This document shows, piece after piece, positions 23,070 through 36,792 of a stretch of DNA of 64,000 nucleotides. Numbering within the stretch: position 1 is the first letter of the stretch; every line of letters begins with the position of its first letter. Position numbers and translations under genes: made by a program. Source of the stretch: Phoronis australis (Eukaryota; Animalia; Phoronida). Location of the stretch: positions 893,326 to 957,325 of the forward strand of contig NMRA01000047.1 of NCBI GenBank assembly GCA_002633005.1, in the 5' to 3' direction. The notes beneath the pieces were generated by a model. That model had not been told where the DNA came from. It searched no databases and saw only the letters and a list, made by a program, of their open reading frames with translations.

Positions 23070-26000
23070 TAAAAAATGAAGGCTGTGGTAAGGCCAGACA
23101 TTGCTAGAACTGATTTCAAACAAAGTTGACAATCTTCAAAATATAACAACAAATGCTGGCTTCCTTTTGCAATCACAAAAAGACACATACTATAAGAAAC
23201 ATGTGTGATGTTAAAATGGCTTGGAGGCAACATTTGACATTTATTGGCTTAGTGGGGCTAAAAGCCAAGGAAACAAACCACCACAAAATAGAAACAGGGT
23301 TCAGTGATGTATGAAGCTCCCGAGAGAGCAATAATATGGTCTTTTCCACAAAATCAGATTGTGTTTAACTCGACAAGTCTCACATTATCTCGTATTACAG
23401 TAACTAGATTAACTTCCTTCTCAAGAACAAGCACGCCTGTGATGGGACTTGTTGGAAAACTGGCTGGAAACTTCTTCTGTAATAATGGGAAGAAATTACG
23501 TTTTGAAGGTTTTTCAACACAAGCTGGTCGGTTTAACTCAAACCAGATAAGAGCAGAACAACTGCAAACAACAGAGGCGTGTTAGACAAAATTGGTTATT
23601 TTGAACTCAACTTACAAGTTGAGACATCCACATCGACTATGGCACATTTCCTATGTACTAAAAACAATTTTTATAAGTCGGTTGACATGAAGTTTCTAAA
23701 CTAAACAGCAAATAAGAGCATCAGTATTCAAAAGGGAATTATCATAGCAAAACAAATGTTTTTCACTTTGATCAAAATCAACTTACTGAGAGACCGGCAA
23801 AATGGAAAATCTGAGGACTAAAATGTAAAACGGCCAAAAAGCATCAATAGTTTGACAAGTGCATTGTTTATTGTTAAGGCATATGCATCAATAACTCAGT
23901 AAAAAATGTTCTGTAATAAGGATAGTATAAAACAAACTTTCGGGTCCAGTTCAGACATTCCAGGCTTAAAATTTTATGCTTACGGCTGCATTAATCGATT
24001 TACGATTTCATATCAGTGTTCAGTCTCAGGTAACTAGAGGCACATTTGAGAGATACTCAAGCCAGTGGATTATATCATGGAGGAATAAACAACATTTTAT
24101 GTTCCTAGTAGCGTAATTGACCGACAATTAGCCAAACCCAACCAGAAAATAAATCTCATAGAGGTTAAGCTAGAATGGGACTTCACACCAAATCAATCAC
24201 AGATGTTCCTGCAAATTAATTACAAAAATTGACCTTTCCTCATTTTCAAGGTCTTCTTACATTGTGCACAGACGTTTCGAAATTTTGTGCGATGGTAAAT
24301 TAAGTTACAAAACTTAAACATGGTAAAACATTAAGTTTGTACTGCCGGAAGATTTCATATGCAAAAAAGTATAAAGAAAATTCCTGCTGTCAGACGTATC
24401 GTGTCCTATATTTTACTGCACGTTACTGAAATGCTTCTCCTTCTGACACGTGGCGACCAAGTGAAATTACTAAATGAAGAACCCAAACATAAGATTCGTT
24501 AATTACAACTTTCATCTGCAGTAATTATCATACGTCCTGGTTTGTGGGCTTTGCGAAAAAACAATATTACACAAACAACTCTCAGGCAATTTGTGTGATT
24601 TAGCTCAGAAACACTACAGAAACAAAAAAAACAATGACGCAAAAGACGACAGATCAAATGAAATAACTCAAACACTAGTACATTCACTAACAGTTCGTTT
24701 TGCCTTCTATGCACATTCAAAACAACCATAATTCTTCAGTTATTTCGCACAGAAATAATTTCCAAAATTGTTTTTCGATTTTTTCAAAAGCTAATCAGCA
24801 CAATACAAACCAGGCTAGTGATTTTAATCTTCATTTTTGTAGAAAAAATTGACAAAACAGAACTTCACTTGTCGGTCATATTATGTGGTAAAATAAGTGA
24901 GGAATTACAGTATTATCCAACTGGTGACAAACATTTGGTCATCAAACTAAGGCTCAAACAGCCGCAATGGAGAAAAAAAATTGTGACGTGGTAGCGTTAA
25001 TTATAAAACGACATATTGGATAAAGATCAGGTCAAATTTAAGCTGAGTGGTGTTTGATGACTTAAGTAAGACCTTATAAAATGTTAATCCCAGCTTTTAA
25101 TTCCTGGCTCATAGTATTATTGAAAAACAATGTAACTGCTTTTATTAGGTGGAATAGACAATTGAATGTAAACACAATCTGGCCAGCGATGAAAGATTCT
25201 CAAACACAGGCATTTCTTTAAAGTATGTGGCATCTGAACTTGCAAATGAAGTTGTAGTTGAGAAAATCCGATTTTGGTCTAATAATGTGTTGCAGACTTC
25301 TTTAATCAGTCGTATTTCTAAACAGATGCTGTCCTGAACAGCCTTTGCCAATTTCTTACATAAATTAAAACAGTATTTTTTAAATGAATGAAGTGAATGA
25401 ACTCCACCACTAGAAGCATGGCATGACGTACATAGCTCCTGGGCTTTGAAGAAATTAAACTTTACTAAACATGACTCACAACGGCAAAAAACATTTCCAA
25501 ATAAAAGTATATAAATTGAACTCTACAGTCTTCGCTAGCAACTTTGACAGTCAAGTTGTTTTGTCAATGAAGGCTTGTACATAGGGCATGTCAAGAATTA
25601 GCTGTAATTGTGCAAGGGAATCCCCATGGCTAGATTCTTGGCAGTCCTGTTTATATAACCCAGAGTGTAATTGTCTAATGCTTGGACCTCAGCCCACCTC
25701 ACACACATACACACACAAACACACATACACATAGCTACACACATTCATCCAGGCCAGCATTGCTTTGCTTTGCTGTATGCCTGAGGCAATTTTGGCTAAA
25801 CCCATGGCTTGGCATTGTTTCCCCAGGGACTTTAACACTAATATAAGTAAAATCTGATGCAGGGACAAGTTGAAGAATACCATAAGGCTGATACACATCA
25901 AATTTATTTGGTGACAAACCACAGTGATTGGCAACGGACACACTACTGTCATCACTGAAAAATAAGCTGATTAGAAATTGCTGTCAAATCTACAAACTCC

Positions 26001-27087
26001 CATGCAGTAAAATTTGACGCAAACATTTAAGGGACGTCGCACAGTAACTCAGATCAGTACGACAATAATTATGGATAGAAGGTGCACTCTTGAGTGACAT
26101 TTAAGAGTTAAGAGTGTTTAATTTGCGTCAGGTAATTGAATCACCATTCCTTGCGTAGTCGGGGAGTTCCCTAACATTTACTAGAAAGAAAAAATAACAT
26201 GTCTTTTGTAAAAACAAGCACTGGCAAATTAATACCTGCTATCAGAGCTCAGGTGAACACATTGGGAATAACAAAAAGTACTTGGAGTTGTACTCGAACA
26301 CCAACTTTGAGCAAATTCAATTTAAAAATATTTCTAAGAAACAAAACAACAACGAAATACCAACAAGTTTATGTTTTTTAGCAAATCAGCGAAAGTCTGG
26401 GTGATGAAGCAACTTCATCGTCAGAAAAAAATTTCGTAAGATATTGACGTCAACGTGATTTTAAAAGAAATTCTCATACAGGAGTGGCCAGTGGCAACAA
26501 ATTGAATGTAAAAACAACCTGATGTTGCTATGGTTTACCACCAATGCATCAGTACAGCTAATGGCTTCATTTTGGCTAATGCCAAAAACACCTATCCAAC
26601 AAAGAGAAATGGCTAACCAGCACTCCAAAGTTAACATAAAATTTGTGAAGTCCAAAGTCATGAACAGCTGTTGGTGTAACCCGTTGAATGGGTGAGACAA
26701 AGAAAGCCTTGTGATGAGTACAGGTGTTAGAACCACCTGGTGTAATTAGTGCTGGACATTTTTAATAGTAAGAGAAAAAGGTCTATAAAAAGCAGGATCT
26801 GAGACTGCAGGAAATGCATGCTCACGGAACTGACTAAAAATAGGAAGAATATACTGTAAACAGATAAATTAACTTGAAAAGGAACGGGAAATGGAAAAAT
26901 AGAGAAAAGTAGTCATCCGCACTTCCTGTTTTCTTTAAGTGACATTGGTAAAAGTCAAAACAGGATTTGGATTTCTCACAAAAATCTCCACCAGGTGTCC
27001 CCGTAAACTATGCGCCAATGCAAGAGTAATGCAGGTATCTGCATGATGAAATTAGCCCAAATCTTTAAGAACCACTAAAGAGAGCAA

Positions 27088-27628
27088 CCTGAAGCGTGTT
27101 CAACAGAGTGAGCACCCGCTAGCGTGTACTTGCGAACACAAGGAACAGCTCCTGAACAGCTGTGAGCGCTCACTGTGCGATCCAGTATGGCGACTCTGAA
27201 GCAGATTGTGTTGAACGTCTTAGCCGATGAGCTTAACACCAGCAGTCCTTCCTATGGCGTACTGAGCGATAAATATGATTAATCTTTGCCAATAATTACT
27301 AATATCGGCAGCCCCAAGACAACAACCGTGAAGGCTTTGAAACAACAAGAATCGAAAATTACGTCGAGGAAACTGTTCCTCGCTACAGCGATCCGCAATT
27401 TAAGTCGCAGTTTTGGATGAGTCGGTCAGCTTTTGAGGTTAGTTTTCGTGTTGCAGAACCATAATGGGTTCATATGTTGCGGACGTGAAGCCTTCGCAGG
27501 ACGCCATCTTGGAAATCTAAGCGAACATGCTCTCGAGGTTGTTCGCGAGCGCTAACGTGAACACAGCTGTTCAGGACGAGGGCGCTCAAATCGCTCGCGG
27601 GCACTCACTCTATTGAACACGCTTCTGG
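27088..27628. mobile_element. MITE with ~37-bp TIRs (superfamily uncertain)
   Basis: CCTGAAGCGTGTTCAACAGAGTGAGCACCCGCTAGCG versus the reverse complement of 27592-27628 shows 5 mismatches. TA on the right flank, AA on the left. CpG-rich interior. Confidence 0.8.
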
Positions 27629-27641
27629 TACTATATCAGTA

Positions 27642-28010
27642 CAGTAATTCTCACCAATTTAGGTCACAATATGGCTGACAGGTGAAGTTTGATTTTCTCA
27701 TACGTAGCACCAAATCAATACCTTAACATGTTCAACTTCTGAACACTAGCACTAAGCACCAGACATTGAAATTTTGAAAATTGGAATTGAGTGTTCAATC
27801 AAACTTGTACATTAACTCACACCCAACACTACAGCAATTCTACACTTATTCAGCACAAAAACATTTGCTAAAATTGTCATTTTTTATTTTTCAAAGGTTG
27901 ATTACTTTGCTGGAAATAGTTAAAACTGCCATGCTAGAATTTTCTCAATTTCAGAAAATAGAATTTCACTTGTTGACCATATTGAGTGCTAAATAAGGGA
28001 AAACTTATCG
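27642..28010. mobile_element. Old Tc1/mariner-like MITE (abundant local family)
   Basis: TA|CAGTAATT..AATATGGCTGACAGGTGAAGTT at left and the inverted AATTTCACTTGTTGACCATATT..TTATCG|TA at right. The same end motif recurs at ~19221, 21304, 24863, 52018 and 57301. Confidence 0.65.
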
Positions 28011-28715
28011 TAATATCACATGGTCTTGTGTGTCTGAAGGATCACGGGAACGGAAAACATATGCAAAACATTTTGACCTTGATCAATGTAAAACAGTGCA
28101 TTCCAACTCCCAATTCTGGTTCGATTCTATAGCCCAACAACAAGTTGGGAAGATGACCCCTGCAGCCAATATCTTACACGACTGATTAACTCCATTCTGG
28201 CATTTATGATTGGAGGGCCAGCTCTCTTGTTCATAATTCCTCTAATTACCAATGAGATCCTATCTAGTCTGACTGAGCTGTGCTGTTAAAACCAAAAGTT
28301 AAATTATAACGTATTTGAACATAAACCAATAGCATTTCTGAAATCCTCGTCAAATGCTGATTATGTTTAGTCTTTGAATAGTTAAAATTGCCCAACTTTA
28401 ACAACCGAAGTTGCGACAATCTAACCTTTCCCAACGTATCAATTCGCTCTGGGTTTGACTGTGTTCACACTGCATGGTCTGTAAAAAGCCTGGTAGATAG
28501 TTGGTCTGCCTGTTGTCACACCAGGCAAAAAACTGCTTGGCAGTTAACAAAGGAGCTTAGATATTATTACACACTCACAATTGTCTAAGTCTTGTCTCGT
28601 AAAGTCAGTGAACGAGAGAAAGCCATCATATCCCAGGATTTCCCATATAGTTCATGACACGTGACCCACTATCCCTGAAAACATCCACTAACAGTATCTG
28701 TCTTCTCAATTGCAG

Positions 28716-29929
28716 GCTTCTGGCCATTTGGCGTGGAAGTATGTGACCTGTGGTGTTTCTCTGACGTGCTCATGTGCACGGCGTCTATAATGCACATGTG
28801 CACTATTTCGCTCGACCGCTACCTCGGCATCGCCAACCCGCTCAAGAATCGTAACAAGTCGCGTCACATTGTCATGATCAAGATCTTCGTTGTCTGGGCC
28901 ATATCGCTCGCCATCTCCAGTCCCGTCCTCATTCTCGGTTTTGTTGAACCAAGCAATGTGTTCAACGAAGTGAACGCAATGTGCGTACTGAATAACACAG
29001 TGTTTCAGCTGTTTGGCTCGAGTTGCGCCTTTATAATTCCTCTCATCATCATGTTCGTATCGTACACACTCACTATTAAGCTACTGCATCGCCAGGCCAA
29101 GCTGTGCAGCAGCAAGGGGAACAATGGACACCCGCGCATGCGCCGATCCATCTCGCGTTGGGGTGAGAGCGGCTACCATCGCAAGCTGAGCCGCATGAAC
29201 TCGAACTCGAGCATCATATCGTCGACCTCCGCGCATTCAAACTCGTACAGTTCTCATGTATCTAACTCACACACGCTGTCAATTCAACTCAATGGCCACA
29301 ACAATTCGACAAAGCGACTGCGCCCAGATTCCGAGTCGAGCATTGACGAGTGCGACACCTGTGAGCTAGATACGCTAATGAAGACAAATTCCCTGATGCC
29401 CATTCCGGAGACCAACGCTGACGGTTCTTCGTCACCGAAACTTCGACACATGATCAATAAACATAAATATGCTGTGCGTGCAGCCGGCGTCTTCATCAAC
29501 AAACGCGAGGAACGTCAAGAGAAGAAAATTCAGTCGGTAAAAACAGAGCAGAAAGCGTCAAAAGTTCTCGGCGGCGTCTTCATCTCGTTCGTCATTTGCT
29601 GGCTACCATTCTTTCTCGCTAACATCCTGATATCAGCTTGTCCTGAATGTGGCATTAGCCAGGACCTGATGTCATTCTGTGTTTGGTTGGGCTGGGCCTC
29701 CAGCATCCTCAACCCCATCATCTACACAATCGCTAACAAGACGTTTAAACGCAAGTTCGTCAACATCCTTCTCTGCACCTACACAAAGAATAATAACCAC
29801 ATGCCGTCGAGGTATGTAAAGATCTCATTCAAGACAAAGCCGCGCTTGCCCGAGCCAATCACATGCAGGAACGACTTACCTGATAAGGAACGCCAGCAAT
29901 ATCTAGAGGAATACGTGACAGTGTGTTGA
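28716..29929 (+). CDS. HTR2: 5-HT2-type serotonin receptor, coding exon 3 (ECL1 to C-terminus)
   Basis: TTGCAG| acceptor restores GFWPFG. Motifs: DVLMCTASIMHMCTISLDRY (D3.32, DRY), FGSSCAFIIP (G5.42/S5.43/A5.46), EQKASKVLG, CWLPFFLANI (N6.55), NPIIY. These match 5-HT2 family signatures. TGA ends at 29929. Confidence 0.93.
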
Positions 29930-30275
29930 CGACTGTCTGTGAAAGGGAGGCGCCAACTGTTCAACATTCAGTTCAGCAACGAGACTGTGTACTCAGGAAT
30001 TATGTTGAGAATATCGCCCATATTTAAAGCAACCTGCTGTCCAACACAAAAACGAATTTAGTGTAATACACTTATGAAACTGGGCTCAAAACTGTTCTTT
30101 CGCCAAATTGAACGTGATTTCTAGGCTCAAGAAGGACCAAAATTCACCTCTCCTCTAGCCTAAGCTGCCCAGAAACCAATTATCACCTTAGAGTTGAGAA
30201 GTGGTCTAAATCAAAAAGCTAGTTTCTATGATAGGTCACGGGTTAATAGGCGCTTTATTTCAGACAACTTCTGGT

Positions 30276-30448
30276 TATAAAACTCGGGTCTTAACAAGTC
30301 GCTGACAGAAGATTACTGAAATAAATCTCGGGTCTTAACATGCTGCAGACACAAGTTTACCATTATAAAACTCAGGTATTAACATGTTGCTGACTCAATA
30401 CCACTGTTACAAAACTCAGGTCTTAACATGTTGATGACTCAAGATTAC
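30276..30448. repeat. Degenerate 44-bp tandem repeat x4
   Basis: AAACTC(G/A)GGTCTTAACA..TGCTGAC unit, with GT(C/A)TTAAC at 30288, 30332, 30376 and 30420. Confidence 0.85.
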
Positions 30449-30492
30449 AAGTGACTTCTGGAAGATTTTACTTACAATGAGTCATAGCATGA

Positions 30493-30544
30493 GACTATGC
30501 CCATCATAGTATCAGACTATGCTAATCATAGTATCAGACTATGC
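30493..30544. repeat. 22-bp tandem repeat, ~2.4 copies
   Basis: GACTATGCNNATCATAGTATCA. Confidence 0.8.
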
Positions 30545-30572
30545 TCGCCAACTTCCTCAGCATCGTCTCTAA

Positions 30573-31056
30573 AGGCCCTTTCATACTGACAGCTGAACGT
30601 CGAAGTCAACTACGAAGTTAACTGAACCATTCACACTGGCTTCGGTAGTATAGGGTCATCAAAGTAAACAGTGCATGACATTGTCATCGAAGTAATTGCA
30701 CGGTATCGCTGACGCATCGCGTGCACGCTAAGATGTTTTTAATGTGACAATTTTTATTGACATAAAACTTATAACGAATTCGATTGGTGATTATTCGAGC
30801 AAAATATAAGCTACGTATTAGCGACGACACTGCCCTTCGATTATTTACGATAACAGTGGCCCCTGGCGATAACTTCGATGGGACTGAAGTTGATCGTTCA
30901 TACAGCACTGCAGCGTCGACGCTCCGCTGTTAAATCCACCCGTTTACAGTGAAGTTAGGTAGCACTGTTAACTTCGATTCAGGACCGAAGTTAACCATTC
31001 ACAGTTACCGCGACTCCCTAAAATATCGACGAGTCGAAGTCAGTATGAAAAGGTCT
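30573..31056 (+). mobile_element. PIF/Harbinger-type MITE (484 bp)
   Basis: TIRs AGGCCCTTTCATACTGAC and GTCAGTATGAAAAGGTCT (16/18). TAA TSD at 30570-30572 and 31057-31059. Confidence 0.88.
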
Positions 31057-32395
31057 TAACAACAAGCAACAACGCTAGTTATCGTTTTTCTGACAGAAGG
31101 CACGTTCATGGGATCTGGAATCTTAATTTGTATATAATCCTGGTGAGTTTTGGCTGTGAGTTAGGTGCAAAATATTGAATAGGGTTGTGCCATGTTCACA
31201 CTTTCAATGAACTGTTTGCAATTGCTTTATGTCTGTTTCAAATAAATATTATAATGAGAATGTTAATGTATGAATTTCCTTAAGTAAGACATAATAATTA
31301 CCTGATTACAAATTGACAGCGTTTGCTCAAAACTTCTCAGTTTCAATTCTCCAGTGACGTGACTTACTATGGTCAACCCCTGCTATACCCCAGCACATTA
31401 TTCCCTGCCCCACAACCCTTTGTTCCCTGCTCCCTGGCATACAGCAGCTAGTGAGCTTGATTGAGAAGATCCATCAGAGAACAGGACCATTGGCACAGAA
31501 TAACGTGGAGAAACAGTGTTGGTCTGTGTGCAAGTTAAGATTGTCTGTGCCAGATGAAAAGTGGGTGGGCCAGAGCAGAACCATAGGTGCGTTAATAAGA
31601 GGAAAATAGTGTTCATAAGAGATCTTGTGCATGTGCATGCCCAACCTGCGCGTAGGCAGGGAAAAGTGGGCTGACTGCTGAACATAGCTGGCCATGATCT
31701 GACGTGCTGATTACTGACTAGATGTATGAAAACGAAGTGATTCACTCTGATTTACACTAAAGCAAGAATCACTACTGAAAAAATAATATTATTCTGGATT
31801 AGAATATGCATATGAGCCTGTAAATTCACTGGATGGCTTAAATAATGTATAAATTGAATTCCAACTGCAGGTCCAACATGGCAGTCCAGGCGACCTAAAA
31901 CTATAATAACAGAGGTCTTCAGTGGTACAACTCTTCATTTCTGAGCCCCTTCGATGGTTCTGGAATCTTGTGAAATTTACAACAAAAAAAATCTTCTCAT
32001 ACGCTTTTATTGTACCTTTCACATGATGCGAACTTCGTGCCAACACCTAAGCACGCTGCTATTTTTAAACGCAGTGGGAACAACTACACTGAGTTCACCA
32101 CCAATAACCAAAATGATGACGTAAACGATCGTGTCACCCCTTGTATGCAACGACGAAACCATTACCAAACGGCAAGCTCATAGGATATTCTGAGGTAGTT
32201 TTCCAGAACTGGACTGCTAGACACTTTGAAACAAGTGACTCGTTTTAATCACACCCTGAAACATGTGTGGCTTTAAGTTAGAAAAATCCTTAAAGCTTAA
32301 GTTACTTAACCGGAAGACATTATTGACAACTCGGTAATTAAAGTTTATACTTTCTGAAAGTAGAAAGTCTGTAGTGCCTTTCATCATTTTACTAC

Positions 32396-32810
32396 TCTGT
32401 CATAAGTTGGGTCACATGACCATGTATTATAGTAATCTGTCATAGGTTGGGTCACATGACCATGTATTTTAGTAAAACTCAGCAAAAAGGTACATGGATA
32501 GCAAAACAACGGTATCAATAGAATGATCAAATTTCATTTCATATCAACGTTCAATATACAATCTCAGACTCACTGCTACAGTATCCTAAATTAATGTTTT
32601 ATTTTCCGTTTTATGCAACTTAATCACAATTTTTTGATAACTCCTCATAGAAAGTGGAACATTTTGAAACCATTCCCAAAAGCAGTTTGGTGAACATGGC
32701 GCATAGTATTTGACAATAACTTCAATCAGCCACTTCGGAGATATGATGTTCCGACGTTAAACCAAATTTGGAAACTTTTCCGAGACCCTACATCAGTTTA
32801 AAATTTCTGA
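32396..32810 (+). repeat. Dispersed repeat with a 40-bp tandem duplication at its start; related copy at ~42247-42550
   Basis: GTCACATGACCATGTATTTTAGTAAAA..AGCAAAAAGGTACAT.GATAGCAAAACAA.GGTATCA is shared with 42247 onward. Weaker copy at ~40070-40300. Confidence 0.8.
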
Positions 32811-35800
32811 AACTTGCATAACGATGAATGACAAAAGCATACGGCTCAGGAAATGAGTTCAGCAACTTAAATGTATCAAATTTACGCATACGCTCCTTCT
32901 ATTTAGCACATGGTATGGTGGATATTTCAAGCTAAAAAAATTTTAGTTTAGTTTAGTTTATTATTAGAGCTTGGTTTGCTGTGAGCAGCTATCATACAAA
33001 ACTATTCAGTACAGCTCCATTTTTTGTAGTGAGGCAATCAATCCTTAAGAATTGAAAAAATGACAAATTTCGCATTTGTTTTTGTGTGAAATAATGGGAA
33101 AGTAATAGTAAACGATGACATCCCACTCATGTTGATGCTCGCTACAAAACTGTGAACAGATGTGACTATTCAGAAAATGATAATGCATAAACTGATTGAC
33201 AACTTACTCAAATACAAGACGGAAATTACGCTAATTGCAAATAGTGTTCACACAATATCCCAACAATTTGTTTACACTGACAAACATTCGTCGGAAATCT
33301 TATTATTGTAATAGCCAGACAGCCTTAGGAACAAAATCTCATAACGATGATAGCTTTATGATCAAAACTCGATCAAACGATGCTGTGGGGTCCCAGGCCT
33401 GAAGAGCATGTAATGCTAACTGAAATGGTGAGCATACTCATCCCAATTAATTACAATTAAATGAAGTCTCAAATGTTAACGCTTTATCAGTTTCGCAATT
33501 CAAACAGTAAGCTTGAGAAACCCTGATCCATAACAGAGAAGTCTTCAGCAATCAAGACGCCTGACAGCAAAACATAAAAAAGAAGGTAATTTCTAGAGCA
33601 TTTTCAAGCAAGGACCGAACATAGTTCCTGACTACTAATCCAAGCTAGGAATCTTGATGTGACCTTTAGTTGTAAGGGTTTGAGCAATTACGAGAATTCA
33701 AAAGTGGATTTTTATGATAAGCTGAAACTAATGTACAGACTTTTTTCAGAAAGCTGCTGTTTATTGAAAAGCTTCTCCGTAATACCGACTAACTCCCAAA
33801 GTAAGTGTACTAGTTGACTCCCTTATTTGGCACCGGTCAACAGCAACGTGCATTTAGAAAATCATCATGCAAAAACTCAACTGAAGATGCAATTTGTCTG
33901 GTTTAGCTGGCTAAAAATTCAATTGAACTCGGCCTTTTTCCCTCATAAAATTTGTCTCATAATAGACCCTATTACACTAACTTTATTTCTGTTATCATCA
34001 ATAACATTGAGACCACCAGCAACTAAAAAAAAACATTTTCCGTTTATTGAGGTTGGCCAACCCTAAAACTTTGGTATCCAAAATGGTGCGTGTACACACT
34101 GTGAGTTGAATTGCTGGATAATTAAATCAAGACCCCCCCAAGTGCGGGCTGCAAACTATCCAGAAAACTACCTTAAATGATAACACCGCAACCGACCAAT
34201 TCTGCAATTCAATTAAAAATATACTGAGGGGATCAACTAAGACAACTCACAACACCAGCTTTTAGCTTAAAAAAAACAAATGAGGTGAACACTTTGAACA
34301 GGAGTTCACAACTGGAACCTAAGTCCACTGGCTGATAAAATGTTGCAAAGGTGATTAGGATAAAGGAATTCATAAGACGTATTTACGTTCATAATTGCTT
34401 GAGGCAAATTGCTGAGGATAATGACGAAAAACTCTCAATAACTATGGAAAGGTTAATTTGAGGCACTAACGCTAAGAAGAGTAATGAGTACGTATACATC
34501 ACATGTAGGTTAATAAATATGACAGCGCTCTCTACCACACCCTTGAAGCATCGCAATAAAAACAAGTTTGGAATTTGCCATGACAAGTTCGGTTCACCAA
34601 TACCCATTTTGAAAAACAATGCTGACATCGGTTAATTCAGGGGGCTCCATTACATACACAACCAAAAAGTGAGCTCCACTGGAATATTTTGCTTGGTTGC
34701 TGCTACTGACATAGATTCTCTCAACTGCAAGGCATCTCGGAAAGTTCCTGGCGTTGGACCCCAAGTTCCATGTACTCATGCAAAACTTCTACATAAAGTA
34801 CGGTAACATTTCCTTAAATACTAACACAAATAAGAGCCGTAATTGTTACTTTTTCACTTTCCTATGGTCACTATATTGCCGAAAATGCTCAAAATTTAGT
34901 TGTGTGTTTATTGAGGACAGCCCCACGTAATAAAGTTCTCAAATAATGAAGCAAATTGCTTTCTTGTTGAAAATTTTGATGAAATAAAATGTCATTGTCC
35001 TGCCATATTTCGGACTAATTTGAAGAAACTTTCCCACACCCGCATACAGTGTGGATATGAACATAGCTTTATGCACTGCAGGCTACTGATTAGAGGAGTC
35101 CTGACGAAACTGACAGAAGTCAGGTTTTTCAACTCAAACATGAAAATGTACTTGTTAATTGCATCGCATCTACCTAACCTTCAAAGTTGGTACTAATGAT
35201 AAGTATTCAGACAGCCTGAAAACTGTCCTCTTGGTGATAAACAGAGACAGTGTGTTGATTAGACCACTGCCCATCTCTGACAAAACTAATTACATTCTTG
35301 TCAGCTACATTAGCCAGAGGTTCAGCCCTGTGGTAATTAACAAGTTGATTAGGTAAACTTACGTAGAAGGCTAGGTTAAAGTGATCACTTACAGCACCCA
35401 GTGAACACCTGTGTTCATTGTCCGCCAACTAACACAGATTCAAACATCAAAGCCAAAACACCTGTTATGAGAAATAAAGCCGTTTAGACGTTAAGGGTGA
35501 CATGGCGCAAGATGATCGCGGTCAAGGGACCGTTACGCACACAACTCAGAGACGAGAACGAGGCGGAAGTCCTGGGCAAGAAGGTGGAGTAGGCATGCTT
35601 GGGGTTGCAACGGTGGGATGTCGAGAAATAGAAAAAGATGCAACTTTCTGAATATTTATATCATATTTGAAGAGGTTGTTACAACATGAAATTAAACATC
35701 AAAGGAAGTCAGTCGGCAATTCGTAGATATGGTGCAAAAATGATCACCTGTAGTGGGTGCTGAAGTGCTACCGCAGGTAACATAATCACTTGCCACATTT

Positions 35801-36792
35801 TCACATTTCAATGTACAGTTGATAAGAAATGAGAAGATCAGGTGCAAATTGCTCTACCACAAAGGCAGCAGACAGAATTAATTCCATGGTGACAACCCCT
35901 TTGTGTCAACTGATGTTTACACACATAGTTGTGCTGTGTACACTGCCTACATACCAACATAGTCTAACCATAGTAAAAGACTGCTCAACTGTCTGTACGG
36001 AACAGTTCAGAGACGAACTCATGACAGAACAGTGAAAATTTGATAAAAATGAAGTCTGAAAATTTGTTAAATCGCGTGGCCAACGAAAGTGGAAAATCGC
36101 TTATCTTTCCCATGTTGATAATTTAATTTGTTCCATTTTTAGCAATATAATCATGTTTTTATGCTGAAGTCACTTCAAAAACAACTGTCTCCACAGCAAC
36201 CTATTGACTCTTCCAAAGGAACGTTGGTTGCATGCTTAGTACTTTGCTTGACTTGAATTTGGTTACAGTAAAACACCTGTCATTCATGTGTGATTCGCCC
36301 CAAGAGCTTACTGCTTCAGCAGCTGAAACTGAGCTGTGTTCAGACCAACTAAACTTAGTTGTAACCCAATCTTTTCATACAATAGGGCAGAACTTTCATA
36401 AGCAACAACAAGAGCAACACAGAGCGTTGAAATGTGCCCACAATTGCACCGTATACGGTATCCTTCTAGGGTTGTTTATTGGTACCATAAAGTGGCCAGT
36501 AGAGGGCATATATGTAGTATGTTGTACTTTGCAAAATGGAAAGGCATGGTCATTGTCTCCTCAATAGGCTAGGTTTCAAACTGTGAGTGATCTTCATAAT
36601 ACAAGCACATCCTATGCATCAGTTGCTTAAAGCACCACAGAAACATAGAATTTAAAACAAATTTACCAACATACGAGATTAGCACAGCATTAGAATGCCA
36701 GAAACAAATTTCTACTTGGAACTTTTCCTTCATAGTCACGAAGTAACACAAAGTATACACCTGAAGACCTATGAAAATACAGAGGTCAATGT

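Noticed and set aside
28716-29929. Assignment as a dopamine, octopamine or 5-HT1/5-HT7 receptor
   Set aside because: Lacks the S5.42/S5.46 catechol serines and carries 5-HT2 signatures (ASIMH, EQKASKVLG, FGS in TM5, N6.55). Phylogeny is still needed for certainty.
35086-35125. Hammerhead look-alike CTGATTA..GAAACTGAC-agaa-GTCAG
   Set aside because: G8 is missing, there is no UH after stem III, and there is no stem I.
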